A stretch of DNA of 64,000 bases from an uncultured bacterium (GTDB taxonomy: Bacteria; Patescibacteriota; JACMRA01). The notes under the pieces are model-generated. The model did not search any database and was not told where the DNA came from. It was given only the letters and a program-made list of their open reading frames with translations. The stretch is taken from NCBI GenBank assembly GCA_963704645.1, contig OY969926.1, positions 544,001 through 608,000 of the forward strand. Reading direction: 5' to 3'. Shown piece by piece: positions 9,284 through 17,644 of this stretch (position 1 is its first letter; each line of letters begins with the position of its first letter). The translations under genes and the position numbers were made by a program.

Positions 9284-11266
9284 TTAATCCAGATAAACAT
9301 ATTTTAGCTCTGATTGCAAGGGGTTGAAAGCTCTGGCTCTAGCTTGAAAGAATTTTGGTAGAAATTCTACATAATGTAAACGTAATGGGTTAATATATGC
9401 TCCGAACAATCCCACCACTAAGTTGAATAAATGTCCTATTATTAAAATTATTCCTGCTAGTATGAAGCCGATAAATGGGCTGGAAGATTCAAAAACCAAA
9501 TCTGCTAATATATTTATAACTTCAGCTATAATTGCACCAGTTAAACCTATGGCAATTAATCGGGTGTACGAAAGGATGTCGGCGAAGAAAGCAATTAGCT
9601 CGTAAACTTTTACAAGTCCTGAAAGTAATTTACCCCCAATACCTTTTCCATGGTTAAAAACAAACATTCCTAAAAGGCCAAATGTGGTAACTATAGCAGC
9701 TAGAATAGCTAAATTGGATGATGCAACATTCAAGGCAATTAGAACAATTCCTGAATACACAAATACAACCCAACTTATTTCAGAAAGTGCATCAATTCTA
9801 TCATTTTGCTTGAAAGCGTTGGTAATTTTAAGTAAGTATCCAACTGTAATTTGTAATAATCCAATTACAGCCGCAAACCCTAGTAAGACAACAATAGGGC
9901 TAACTCCACCCAGGTTAATTAAAATTTGGTTAATTGGAGCTTGACTTTCTAATTTAAGAGGATTAATAAGTTGAAACATTTCCAAGAAATTGTTTAAAGG
10001 TGTTTTTTCAAACAAATTTCCTGCCCAGCTGTTGCTTAATGCTCCCCAACCTATACTTCCAATTCCAGCTAAAAAGAATAGATTAAATATGCTTTTCCAG
10101 TTAGATTTTAACTTGGTGAAGTATAGAAAATAGCCTGTAAATAAAAATATAAACAAACCATATAAGGCGTCGTTTAATGCTATAGAGAAGAATAGTATGA
10201 AAAAGAAGCCAATATAGTTACTTGGATCTACCTCATTTTTACTAACAGTACCCATGCTTTGGGCAATGTTTTGAAAAGGCTTTATTTCGTATGAGTTTTG
10301 CCAGTCAATAATTTCCTGATTCCAGTCGATATGTTGATAAACCAGTTTGTTGTTGTTAAATATTTTTTCTAATTTTTCAGTAAACTGTTCAGGCGTATTA
10401 ATAAAAATAAATTTGGCTGTAGATTCTTTTGTGGGACTAAAAATATAATTTTCAAAATGTTCGTTTTTGTCTTCAATTTCCATTGTTGCATATAAACCCT
10501 TTATGCTTTTTATTAATTCATCCAGATTTTGTTGATCTGTAACTTTCAGTTCTTCTTTTAAGCTTTGAATAGTATTTTCTAAATTATTCACAAAAGTTTT
10601 TTGATCACAAAAACTAAGATTTTCTTGTAAATCTTCTTGGGAAACAAATTCTTGAAAGAAAAACTGAATGTCGTTTGTAACAGTAACTATAGTATGAAGA
10701 TCTAAATGATTAATTTGCAGACTTGGTTTTGTTATTTCCAGCTCTTCATCGGCTGGATATACTGAAAATTTTTCTATCGATTCATTTATAAAGCTTGAAA
10801 ACAGATATTCAATATTGTCTGTTCTTTTACCAATCCAAACTTGTTGGTTTTCTTTCACTTTGTTTTTATTAATAGCCTTTAACTCTTTTTCTAGCTGGTT
10901 AACATGGTATAATTTTCTAGCTAATTCCATTAAGTGCTTTTTATTGCTAATAATTTGTCTAAATTCCTCTGGTTTCAAATAAATTCTTTTATCAGTAAGA
11001 AAACTTAAAAATCCAGGTTTTTCGTACTTTTGTAGTAAAAGGTTAATTAATTCCTTGTCTTCCAAATTTTGTTTTTGAATCTCATTTTTAGCATGGTTTG
11101 TATCTGTTAAATTTGTTTGCATTTCTACTTCCAGCCATTGTCCGCCTAGTTCAGCTGGATTAAGTAATTCCAAGGGAATGCTGCTATTAATTAATTGCTG
11201 AAAAACTTTGTTGCTGTCTGCTCTAGTTAAGTTTACCAAAAATGATTGTGTAGATGAAACAGCCAT
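9284..11266 (-). CDS. ntpI: V/A-type ATP synthase subunit I
   Basis: EVDP, NDALYG, DILSYTRLIAIGL and LRLHYVEFLPKFF. Confidence 0.92.
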   Translation of the reverse strand: MAVSSTQSFLVNLTRADSNKVFQQLINSSIPLELLNPAELGGQWLEVEMQTNLTDTNHAKNEIQKQNLEDKELINLLLQKYEKPGFLSFLTDKRIYLKPEEFRQIISNKKHLMELARKLYHVNQLEKELKAINKNKVKENQQVWIGKRTDNIEYLFSSFINESIEKFSVYPADEELEITKPSLQINHLDLHTIVTVTNDIQFFFQEFVSQEDLQENLSFCDQKTFVNNLENTIQSLKEELKVTDQQNLDELIKSIKGLYATMEIEDKNEHFENYIFSPTKESTAKFIFINTPEQFTEKLEKIFNNNKLVYQHIDWNQEIIDWQNSYEIKPFQNIAQSMGTVSKNEVDPSNYIGFFFILFFSIALNDALYGLFIFLFTGYFLYFTKLKSNWKSIFNLFFLAGIGSIGWGALSNSWAGNLFEKTPLNNFLEMFQLINPLKLESQAPINQILINLGGVSPIVVLLGFAAVIGLLQITVGYLLKITNAFKQNDRIDALSEISWVVFVYSGIVLIALNVASSNLAILAAIVTTFGLLGMFVFNHGKGIGGKLLSGLVKVYELIAFFADILSYTRLIAIGLTGAIIAEVINILADLVFESSSPFIGFILAGIILIIGHLFNLVVGLFGAYINPLRLHYVEFLPKFFQARARAFNPLQSELKYVYLD

Positions 11267-11270
11267 ATTT

Positions 11271-11543
11271 TTATATTTGAAAACTGTTTTTTAATTGTGT
11301 TTGAATTTGTTCGGCTGTGATTTCCTCTGTTTTGAAAGTGTTTTGCATCACTTCATTATTTTTGTTGTTTTCAAGGTGTTTTACTTCTTCCTCGGCTTGA
11401 ATTTGCTTGGATAAATTAATTATATCCATTTGATTTGATAAGTTTACTTCCTTAATTTCCTCCTCAATTTTTAGAATATCAAGTTTAAGTTGTTCTGTTT
11501 TTTGCTCTAAATTTGCAATTGAATTTAGAATATCTGTGCTCAT
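11271..11543 (-). CDS. coiled-coil protein, probable V-ATPase subunit G/H
   Basis: 90 aa helical and charged, directly upstream of subunit I. Confidence 0.45.
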   Translation of the reverse strand: MSTDILNSIANLEQKTEQLKLDILKIEEEIKEVNLSNQMDIINLSKQIQAEEEVKHLENNKNNEVMQNTFKTEEITAEQIQTQLKNSFQI

Positions 11544-11633
11544 ATTTTTTTATTAATTATTGATGTTTTTTTCAGGAAGGGTTTAAGCTAGAAGTACAAA
11601 GTTACTATACTAAGTTTTTGCATTTATAACAAT

Positions 11634-12212
11634 TTATGAAAATATTTTAATTAAAGTGGCTTTTTCCAAGTTAGATTTTTCATCTAAGTTTTGTTTCATA
11701 TATTTTAAATCTGCTTTAGTTGAATTAATTTTTTGTTCTAAATTGCTAATTTGTCTGTTCACTTTTTTTATTTCTAAAGATAAGTTTTGGCAGTTAATTT
11801 TAATTTGACTTAGCTTTATTAATTCTGGGAAAAGTATATTAAATTTGTTTAAACTTGTGGCAATATTGAATTTTAAATTATTTGGCTGATCAATATTAAT
11901 TACGGCTTCAAAATTGGCAACTGAAACACCAGAAAGTTTTTTCTTTGTAGGTTTAAGTTGAATATTAGATCTTACATTTAAATGTTGGTTTAAAGCAGTT
12001 AAGCTAATTAAATTTACACTGTTCAAGTAATAATTTACTATGTTTTGCCTTTCTATAAAGACTTTACTTTCCAGCTCTTTACCATTTTTAGCTAGCTGTA
12101 AAAAAACTAAAATTAAACCAGATCTTTTTTCTTTAAGCAGTCTGTGCCCATTTTCTTGAGACTTTAGAGTTGCTTTTAACAGTAACAGATTCTGTTTATT
12201 TGGAGCAAGCAT
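11634..12212 (-). CDS. ntpD: V/A-type ATP synthase subunit D
   Basis: PNKQNLLLLK...GHRLLKEKR and EIKKVNRQISNLE; ATG 12212 preferred over TTG 12248. Confidence 0.85.
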   Translation of the reverse strand: MLAPNKQNLLLLKATLKSQENGHRLLKEKRSGLILVFLQLAKNGKELESKVFIERQNIVNYYLNSVNLISLTALNQHLNVRSNIQLKPTKKKLSGVSVANFEAVINIDQPNNLKFNIATSLNKFNILFPELIKLSQIKINCQNLSLEIKKVNRQISNLEQKINSTKADLKYMKQNLDEKSNLEKATLIKIFS

Positions 12213-12427
12213 TAATTCTATTGGGGTGAATATTTTTTCACCTGTCAATGGATTTGTTTACTCTGAAAATGTATGCAGTTATATTACCCTTAGTATATTT
12301 GTATTTTATAATTGGCATTCTCCCATTTAGACCTGTTAGGTTGAAACTAAGGTTGAGCCAAACCAGCTTGTGAAATCAGTGTGACAGTGTTCTCAAAAGT
12401 CTTGCTAATTATCCTGCTCAATACAAA

Positions 12428-13261
12428 CTATCTACTAAAGATTTCCTTAATTGCAGTTGTAAAAATTGTGTACCGTCTTGGTTTAATTTTTTTGCTTAAA
12501 ACTTGAATAGGGTCTTTCTGAATTTTTAATGCAGTCCATTTATACATTTCGGATGCTGTTTTAATTGGAATTAAATAGCGTTTGGGAATATACTTAAAAC
12601 TTTGTTCAGCCTCTTCTTGCCATGCGAAATATCTTTCTAGTTGAATATTGATAAACTTTTTAAAGTTATCTTGATTGACTTGGTTTTCAAAAATATATTC
12701 TGGGTTCAAGCTTTTTAGGTTGCACAACAAAAAATCGGATTTCGGAAAATATGATCGATTTAATAAATTATCTTCAGCAATATCTCTAATAAAATTAATG
12801 TATTGCATGGCCTTGCCAAGTCTCATAGCTCCATGCATAGACTCTTCAGGTAAATTTAGAATTTTAGAGACGTATAAGCCTATTACTTCAGCTGAACCGT
12901 AAATGTAGGTTTCTATATCTTCCAACAAAGTGTACTTCTTCTCTTCCAAATCCATATTCATAGAATCAAAAAAAGCTTCTGTCCATTTTTCTTCAAAATT
13001 TAATTCTTTATGCAAATTGTAGAAAGCTTGAATTATAAAATTGTCACTTTTTTCAGTTATCAATGTTGTTTCCCAGTCTTTTCTAAAGTTATAAAAATCT
13101 TCTTTTTGAGACGGAATTGCATCAATTAAATCGTCAGCGGTTCTTACAAATGAGTATAAAATTAAAATCTTTTCTCTAATTTTTGGTGGGAAAAAATAGC
13201 TGCTATTATAATATGTTTTTGAACCTTTTTTAAAAATACTTTTAAATCTATCGTCTATCAT
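12428..13261 (-). CDS. crtB: phytoene synthase
   Basis: SKTYY, YSFVRTADDLID, SMNMDL, YGSAEVIG and QYINFIRDIAED. Confidence 0.95.
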   Translation of the reverse strand: MIDDRFKSIFKKGSKTYYNSSYFFPPKIREKILILYSFVRTADDLIDAIPSQKEDFYNFRKDWETTLITEKSDNFIIQAFYNLHKELNFEEKWTEAFFDSMNMDLEEKKYTLLEDIETYIYGSAEVIGLYVSKILNLPEESMHGAMRLGKAMQYINFIRDIAEDNLLNRSYFPKSDFLLCNLKSLNPEYIFENQVNQDNFKKFINIQLERYFAWQEEAEQSFKYIPKRYLIPIKTASEMYKWTALKIQKDPIQVLSKKIKPRRYTIFTTAIKEIFSR

Positions 13262-13265
13262 AAAA

Positions 13266-14771
13266 TTATTTAATTTTGCTTAAGTACTCAGCTGCCAACT
13301 GACCAGAAATTAAACTAGGTGGCATTCCTGGGCCCGGAACAGTTAGTTGCCCGGCAAAAGCTAGGTTAGAAATTTTTGGGTGTGCTAGTCTTGGCTTAAA
13401 AATTGCAGTTTGGGCAAGTGTATTTGCTAAACCATAAGCATTACCTTTTAAAGCATGATAGTCTGCTTCGAAATCTGTTCTACAATATGTTCTTTCTAAA
13501 ACTATTCTTTCTGCCAAATCTTGACCAGTTATTTCTTTAATTTTATTTAAAACAATTTGTTTATACTTTTCTCTTAATTCTTTGCTGTCTTCTAGACTAG
13601 TTGCAATTGGAATTAGTACAAACATATTTTCATAGCCGTCTGGGGCTACAGATGAATCGGTTTTACTAGGAACGCTTACATAGAATAAAGGCTTTTCTGG
13701 CCATTTTGGATTGGTGTAAATTTCGTCAGCATGCTTTCCAAATTCCTCGTGGAAAAACAAGTTATGGTGTGTGAAATTATCTACTTTACCCTTAATTCCC
13801 CAGTAGAATAATAAAGAAGATGGGGCAAGTGTTCTTTTATCCCAATATTTCTGGGTGTATATATGATGTTCTGGAGCTAGCAATTTTTGCTCCATATGTG
13901 CGTAATCACCCGCTGCTACAATTTTGTCTGCTTTGTATTCTTTAGTTTTGGTAGAAACTGAAACAGCCAAATTATTTTCTATTTTAATGCTAGTTACTTC
14001 AGCTTCGGTAATAATTCCAACTTCAAGCTTCTTAGCTATAGCCGTTATGGCTTCAATTATTTTATGCATTCCGCCCATTGGGTACCATGTTTTACCAACA
14101 ATAGCAGCGTGTAACATCATGCTATATAAATAGGGAGTTTTGTTTGGAGTGGCTCCTAGAAATAAAGTGGGAAAGTTAAGTATATCCTTCAATTCTTGGG
14201 TTTTAAATAGCCTATTTATTTCTTTTCCATAAGATTTCAAAATACCCGCGGATAGAACTCCTTTAATAAATTTAAAGTCTATAAACTCTGTAATTTTTAA
14301 AGACGGTCTGTGCATGTAATCATTTACACCATTGAAGTAAGTAAAACTTGCATGTTCTAGCAATTTTTTAACTTTTGGGGAACTTCCTGGCTCTATATTC
14401 TCGCATAAATTTAAAAATTCATTTAAGTCTGCAGGTATATCTAAGCTTGGATAGTTGGTTGTAAAAAACTTTTTATCTAAATTAGAATTTTTAGAAAACC
14501 ACATTTTAAAACAAGGGTCCAGCAGTTCTAAATTGTAAAAATCTGAAACTTTATATCCAAAATCCGAAAAGAATTTTTCAAATACATCTGGCATCCAATA
14601 CCAGCTTGGGCCTAAATCAAAGTTAAATCCGTTAATTTCCCAATGTCTTGCTCTCCCGCCAATATCTTTGTTTTTTTCTAAAACTGTAACTTTGTAACCA
14701 TCTTTTGCTAAATAACAGGCTGCACTTAAACCTGCAAACCCCGAGCCAATAACTATAGCTTGTTTAATCAT
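13266..14771 (-). CDS. crtI: phytoene desaturase
   Basis: GSGFAGL FAD motif; FDLGPSWYWMPD; GNAYGLANTL; GQLTVPGPGMP. Confidence 0.95.
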   Translation of the reverse strand: MIKQAIVIGSGFAGLSAACYLAKDGYKVTVLEKNKDIGGRARHWEINGFNFDLGPSWYWMPDVFEKFFSDFGYKVSDFYNLELLDPCFKMWFSKNSNLDKKFFTTNYPSLDIPADLNEFLNLCENIEPGSSPKVKKLLEHASFTYFNGVNDYMHRPSLKITEFIDFKFIKGVLSAGILKSYGKEINRLFKTQELKDILNFPTLFLGATPNKTPYLYSMMLHAAIVGKTWYPMGGMHKIIEAITAIAKKLEVGIITEAEVTSIKIENNLAVSVSTKTKEYKADKIVAAGDYAHMEQKLLAPEHHIYTQKYWDKRTLAPSSLLFYWGIKGKVDNFTHHNLFFHEEFGKHADEIYTNPKWPEKPLFYVSVPSKTDSSVAPDGYENMFVLIPIATSLEDSKELREKYKQIVLNKIKEITGQDLAERIVLERTYCRTDFEADYHALKGNAYGLANTLAQTAIFKPRLAHPKISNLAFAGQLTVPGPGMPPSLISGQLAAEYLSKIK

Positions 14772-14820
14772 ATTCTAAGTAAATTTATTTTTTAATTTTG
14801 TGGCAAATTTCATATAAAAA

Positions 14821-14840
14821 ATGGAACCCTAGGGCTCCAT
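14821..14840 (-). terminator. intrinsic terminator
   Basis: ATGGAACCCTAGGGCTCCAT hairpin with adjacent A-run (U-tract on the minus strand). Confidence 0.5.
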
Positions 14841-14860
14841 CTCATTTCAACAGTTTTTAA

Positions 14861-15778
14861 TTATTGTGGACTATTTGTTTGTTGAGTTTGTGTCTGATTT
14901 CCAGCTTCTTTCTTAGCAGCATCTAAACCTGGATTATCAAGAAGTTGACTTATAACCCATTTATTACCTTTTTTCTTGAAAACCATTTTCTTGTATCCAA
15001 AAATTCCTTCTACATTGTTAAGTTTTGGCTCAGATTTTAAAGTTACTGTAAATGAATCATTGTCTTTTGAAATTTCTTTGTTATCAAATATTTTCCATCC
15101 ATCATCTGCACTATAAGGCAATATTTTGGTTAAATTTTCTGAATCAATATATTGGTAGAAAGTATATTCCAAAGTTCCTTTAATGCTAAATTTAGCTTGA
15201 ATATCATTAATATTATTTTGCTTTAAATAATCAGATTCTTGCTTAACTAAATCTTCTGCGGTGGCATTCGTGTCTATAAATTCTACAAATTTATCGAAGT
15301 TTTTTTCTTTAGCAGCAGAGTACATTTTGTAATAAGCATATTCTGGTGTTCCTAAAACCCAAATCCAAGTTCCACCAAGAACAATTACAATTAATGTTGC
15401 AAGAGAAGTAAGTGCTAATAAAACTTTTTTGGCAGAAAATTTAATTTTGTTAGATTTCTTATTTGCTTCAGCTTGATTTTCTAATTTACTTGAATGTTTT
15501 GTTTTAGAGTGATGTACAGTCTCCTTTTCAGTTTTATCTGCAACGTCATTTGTCTTATCAATTACTTCCATTTTTTCTAACTCCATTTCGGCCATTTCAC
15601 CTGCGGCCTTGGCAGATATAATTTTTTTAGCAGAAATTTTTGTTGTTGTCTCTGTCATTATTTCTGGCTTTGGGCTAACAACTTTTTTGTCTACAACTAC
15701 TTCTTTAGCCAACTCTTTTTTAGTTGTGGTTTTGGCGGTGCTTACTTTTTTAGGATCTTTTTTCACAGATTTAGTCAT
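14861..15778 (-). CDS. membrane-anchored DUF2939-like protein with charged disordered N-terminus
   Basis: Single TM followed by TPEYAYYKMYSAAKEKNFDKFVEFID; K/E/T-rich N-terminus; ATG 15778 preferred. Confidence 0.55.
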   Translation of the reverse strand: MTKSVKKDPKKVSTAKTTTKKELAKEVVVDKKVVSPKPEIMTETTTKISAKKIISAKAAGEMAEMELEKMEVIDKTNDVADKTEKETVHHSKTKHSSKLENQAEANKKSNKIKFSAKKVLLALTSLATLIVIVLGGTWIWVLGTPEYAYYKMYSAAKEKNFDKFVEFIDTNATAEDLVKQESDYLKQNNINDIQAKFSIKGTLEYTFYQYIDSENLTKILPYSADDGWKIFDNKEISKDNDSFTVTLKSEPKLNNVEGIFGYKKMVFKKKGNKWVISQLLDNPGLDAAKKEAGNQTQTQQTNSPQ

Positions 15779-15915
15779 GTTGCCAAACAAACTTAATAGC
15801 CCATGTATGTCAAATTGCTTATGTTCAAGATATACAGAATAAATCACTAAGGTGATACTGTAAAACAAGCAAAAGGAGTTTTTCTTTACTTATTTACATG
15901 ATATAAAATGGGAAA

Positions 15916-16278
15916 TTATCTGTCCAACGATGTTTTATAGTTTCTATCTTTGCTACTCTTCTTATTGTCTGAATTGCGCAACAGAACCTCCAGAATAATA
16001 ATATTCAACCAGATAAGTCCAATTCCAAAAAAATAATTTTCTAAAGGAGTGTGCCAAATTTTTATTCCAGAAAACTGATTTAAATCGTAATTTGTAACAA
16101 TTCCATCTCCAGCCAGCCAGCGACCATTTAAATAATTATCTACAATGGTTTGAGCAATTATTGTAATTAAAATTAGTGACCAAAATTTTTTATTAAAAAC
16201 TAGAAAGGTCTTAGCGTAAATATCAATTAAAAATATAATTAATAAACTAAATATAACGGCTATTGTGTATTCAAACAT
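15916..16278 (-). CDS. heterodimeric lycopene cyclase subunit (CrtYd-like)
   Basis: Small membrane protein; IVDNYL...GIKIWHTPLENYFF. Confidence 0.8.
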   Translation of the reverse strand: MFEYTIAVIFSLLIIFLIDIYAKTFLVFNKKFWSLILITIIAQTIVDNYLNGRWLAGDGIVTNYDLNQFSGIKIWHTPLENYFFGIGLIWLNIIILEVLLRNSDNKKSSKDRNYKTSLDR

Positions 16279-16309
16279 ATTTTATTAAGAGTAATGATTT
16301 TCTAAATAT

Positions 16310-16651
16310 TTAAAAAGTAAGCATTTTTTTATACAAATCTTTCCAAGAATTATATTTGCGTAATAGCGACCATACAAAAATTATACAGAAGGGAATTACA
16401 ACAAAAAATAAAACTTCTTCCAATGGTAAATTATAAATAAAAATATTGGAATGATACTTTGCATTAAAAGACCAATGCTTATTATAAGTTGCCCAAACAT
16501 CCCAAAGTATATAAGGTATAGCTGAAATAATTATGCTTGCAAAAACAAATTTCATTTTGCCTTTAAGTGGATAATTTGGGTGAAAGTATAGCAGGGCTGG
16601 AATTGTAATGCAGCATAGCAAAACTAAGGCATATTCAAATTGGGAATTCAT
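16310..16651 (-). CDS. heterodimeric lycopene cyclase subunit (CrtYc-like)
   Basis: PYILWDVWA...WSFN...LPLEEVLFFVVIPF. Confidence 0.88.
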   Translation of the reverse strand: MNSQFEYALVLLCCITIPALLYFHPNYPLKGKMKFVFASIIISAIPYILWDVWATYNKHWSFNAKYHSNIFIYNLPLEEVLFFVVIPFCIIFVWSLLRKYNSWKDLYKKMLTF

Positions 16652-16700
16652 ACTTATTTTGACATTTAAACAAGTAGAGCTAAAAGTCAATTAAGTTATT

Positions 16701-17534
16701 ATGATAAACAAATACAAAGTTAATCAAATTGTACTTTCTACAAATTTACTATGTTTTTTTATACTTCAGTTTTGGTTGTATTCTAAGGAAAGTTTGTTAG
16801 ACTGGTACACTGTTCCTGCCTTATTTGTTATAGTAATTAATTTACATTATTTTTTAAATGTTTTGCATTTGGCTACTCATAATTTAATGTCTAAAAAACG
16901 CTGGGCTAATAATTATATGGGAAGAATAAGTGCAATTCTAGGCGGACTTACTTTTGCTGAATTTTCTAAAACTCATTTACAGCACCATCTACATCCAGCA
17001 GACTCTTCAAAAGACCCGGACTATTTGCTTACTAAATCGGGTAGTTTACTAACTTTGCCTTTTAGAATTTGGGTTAAAGATATTTATTTTTGGAAGACAA
17101 AATTTCTTTCTACTCCCAGCTATTCCAAAATGTATATTCAAGATAGATTAGTTCAAATTATTATTTTAGTTTCAATATTATTTTTTGGAAAAATATCTCA
17201 TTTTTTGTTTTTTTGGTCTTTGCCTTCACTGTTGGTTGGTTTTAGTTATGGTTTTTATTTATTCTATTTCCCTCACTATATTTCTAAATGGGAGAAGAGG
17301 GCTAGGTTAGTTGAAGTATCTCAATTACAAAATTCAAGCTTGGCTGGTAAATTCATTTTTGATAAAATTATTTTATGGAGTATTGATTTATCTAGGTTTT
17401 ATCACGCTCAGCATCACTTTAAAATTCAGGATAACTTAAATTACTACCCTTTGTTAGCTTATATAAAAGATGTTTTAAGTAATAAATTGTCGCCCAAGTT
17501 TGCCACAGAAAAAACTTTTACGGTAGAGAAATAA
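16701..17534 (+). CDS. desaturase-superfamily enzyme, CrtR-type beta-carotene hydroxylase-like
   Basis: HLATH, THLQHHLHPADSSKDPD, WSLPSLLVG...YFPH and YHAQHH; adjacent to the crt genes. Confidence 0.7.
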   Translation: MINKYKVNQIVLSTNLLCFFILQFWLYSKESLLDWYTVPALFVIVINLHYFLNVLHLATHNLMSKKRWANNYMGRISAILGGLTFAEFSKTHLQHHLHPADSSKDPDYLLTKSGSLLTLPFRIWVKDIYFWKTKFLSTPSYSKMYIQDRLVQIIILVSILFFGKISHFLFFWSLPSLLVGFSYGFYLFYFPHYISKWEKRARLVEVSQLQNSSLAGKFIFDKIILWSIDLSRFYHAQHHFKIQDNLNYYPLLAYIKDVLSNKLSPKFATEKTFTVEK

Positions 17535-17612
17535 TACTAGGAAATATAAAAACCACCCGTAGGTGGTATGTTTTGTTTTGAATTTTGAAATCGGATGATT
17601 AATAAATTACAA

Positions 17613-17637
17613 AGGCGACGCGGGGATTGCCCCTACG
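17613..17637 (-). repeat. GTAG-type REP
   Basis: Minus strand reads GTAGGGGCAATCCCCGCGTCGCCT, just after the stop of 17645..20251. Confidence 0.6.
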
Positions 17638-17644
17638 ACCTTAA

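Noticed and set aside
12428-17534. Retinal/rhodopsin phototrophy cluster
   Set aside because: No blh or rhodopsin is in the window, and the fifth enzyme has desaturase-type His boxes.
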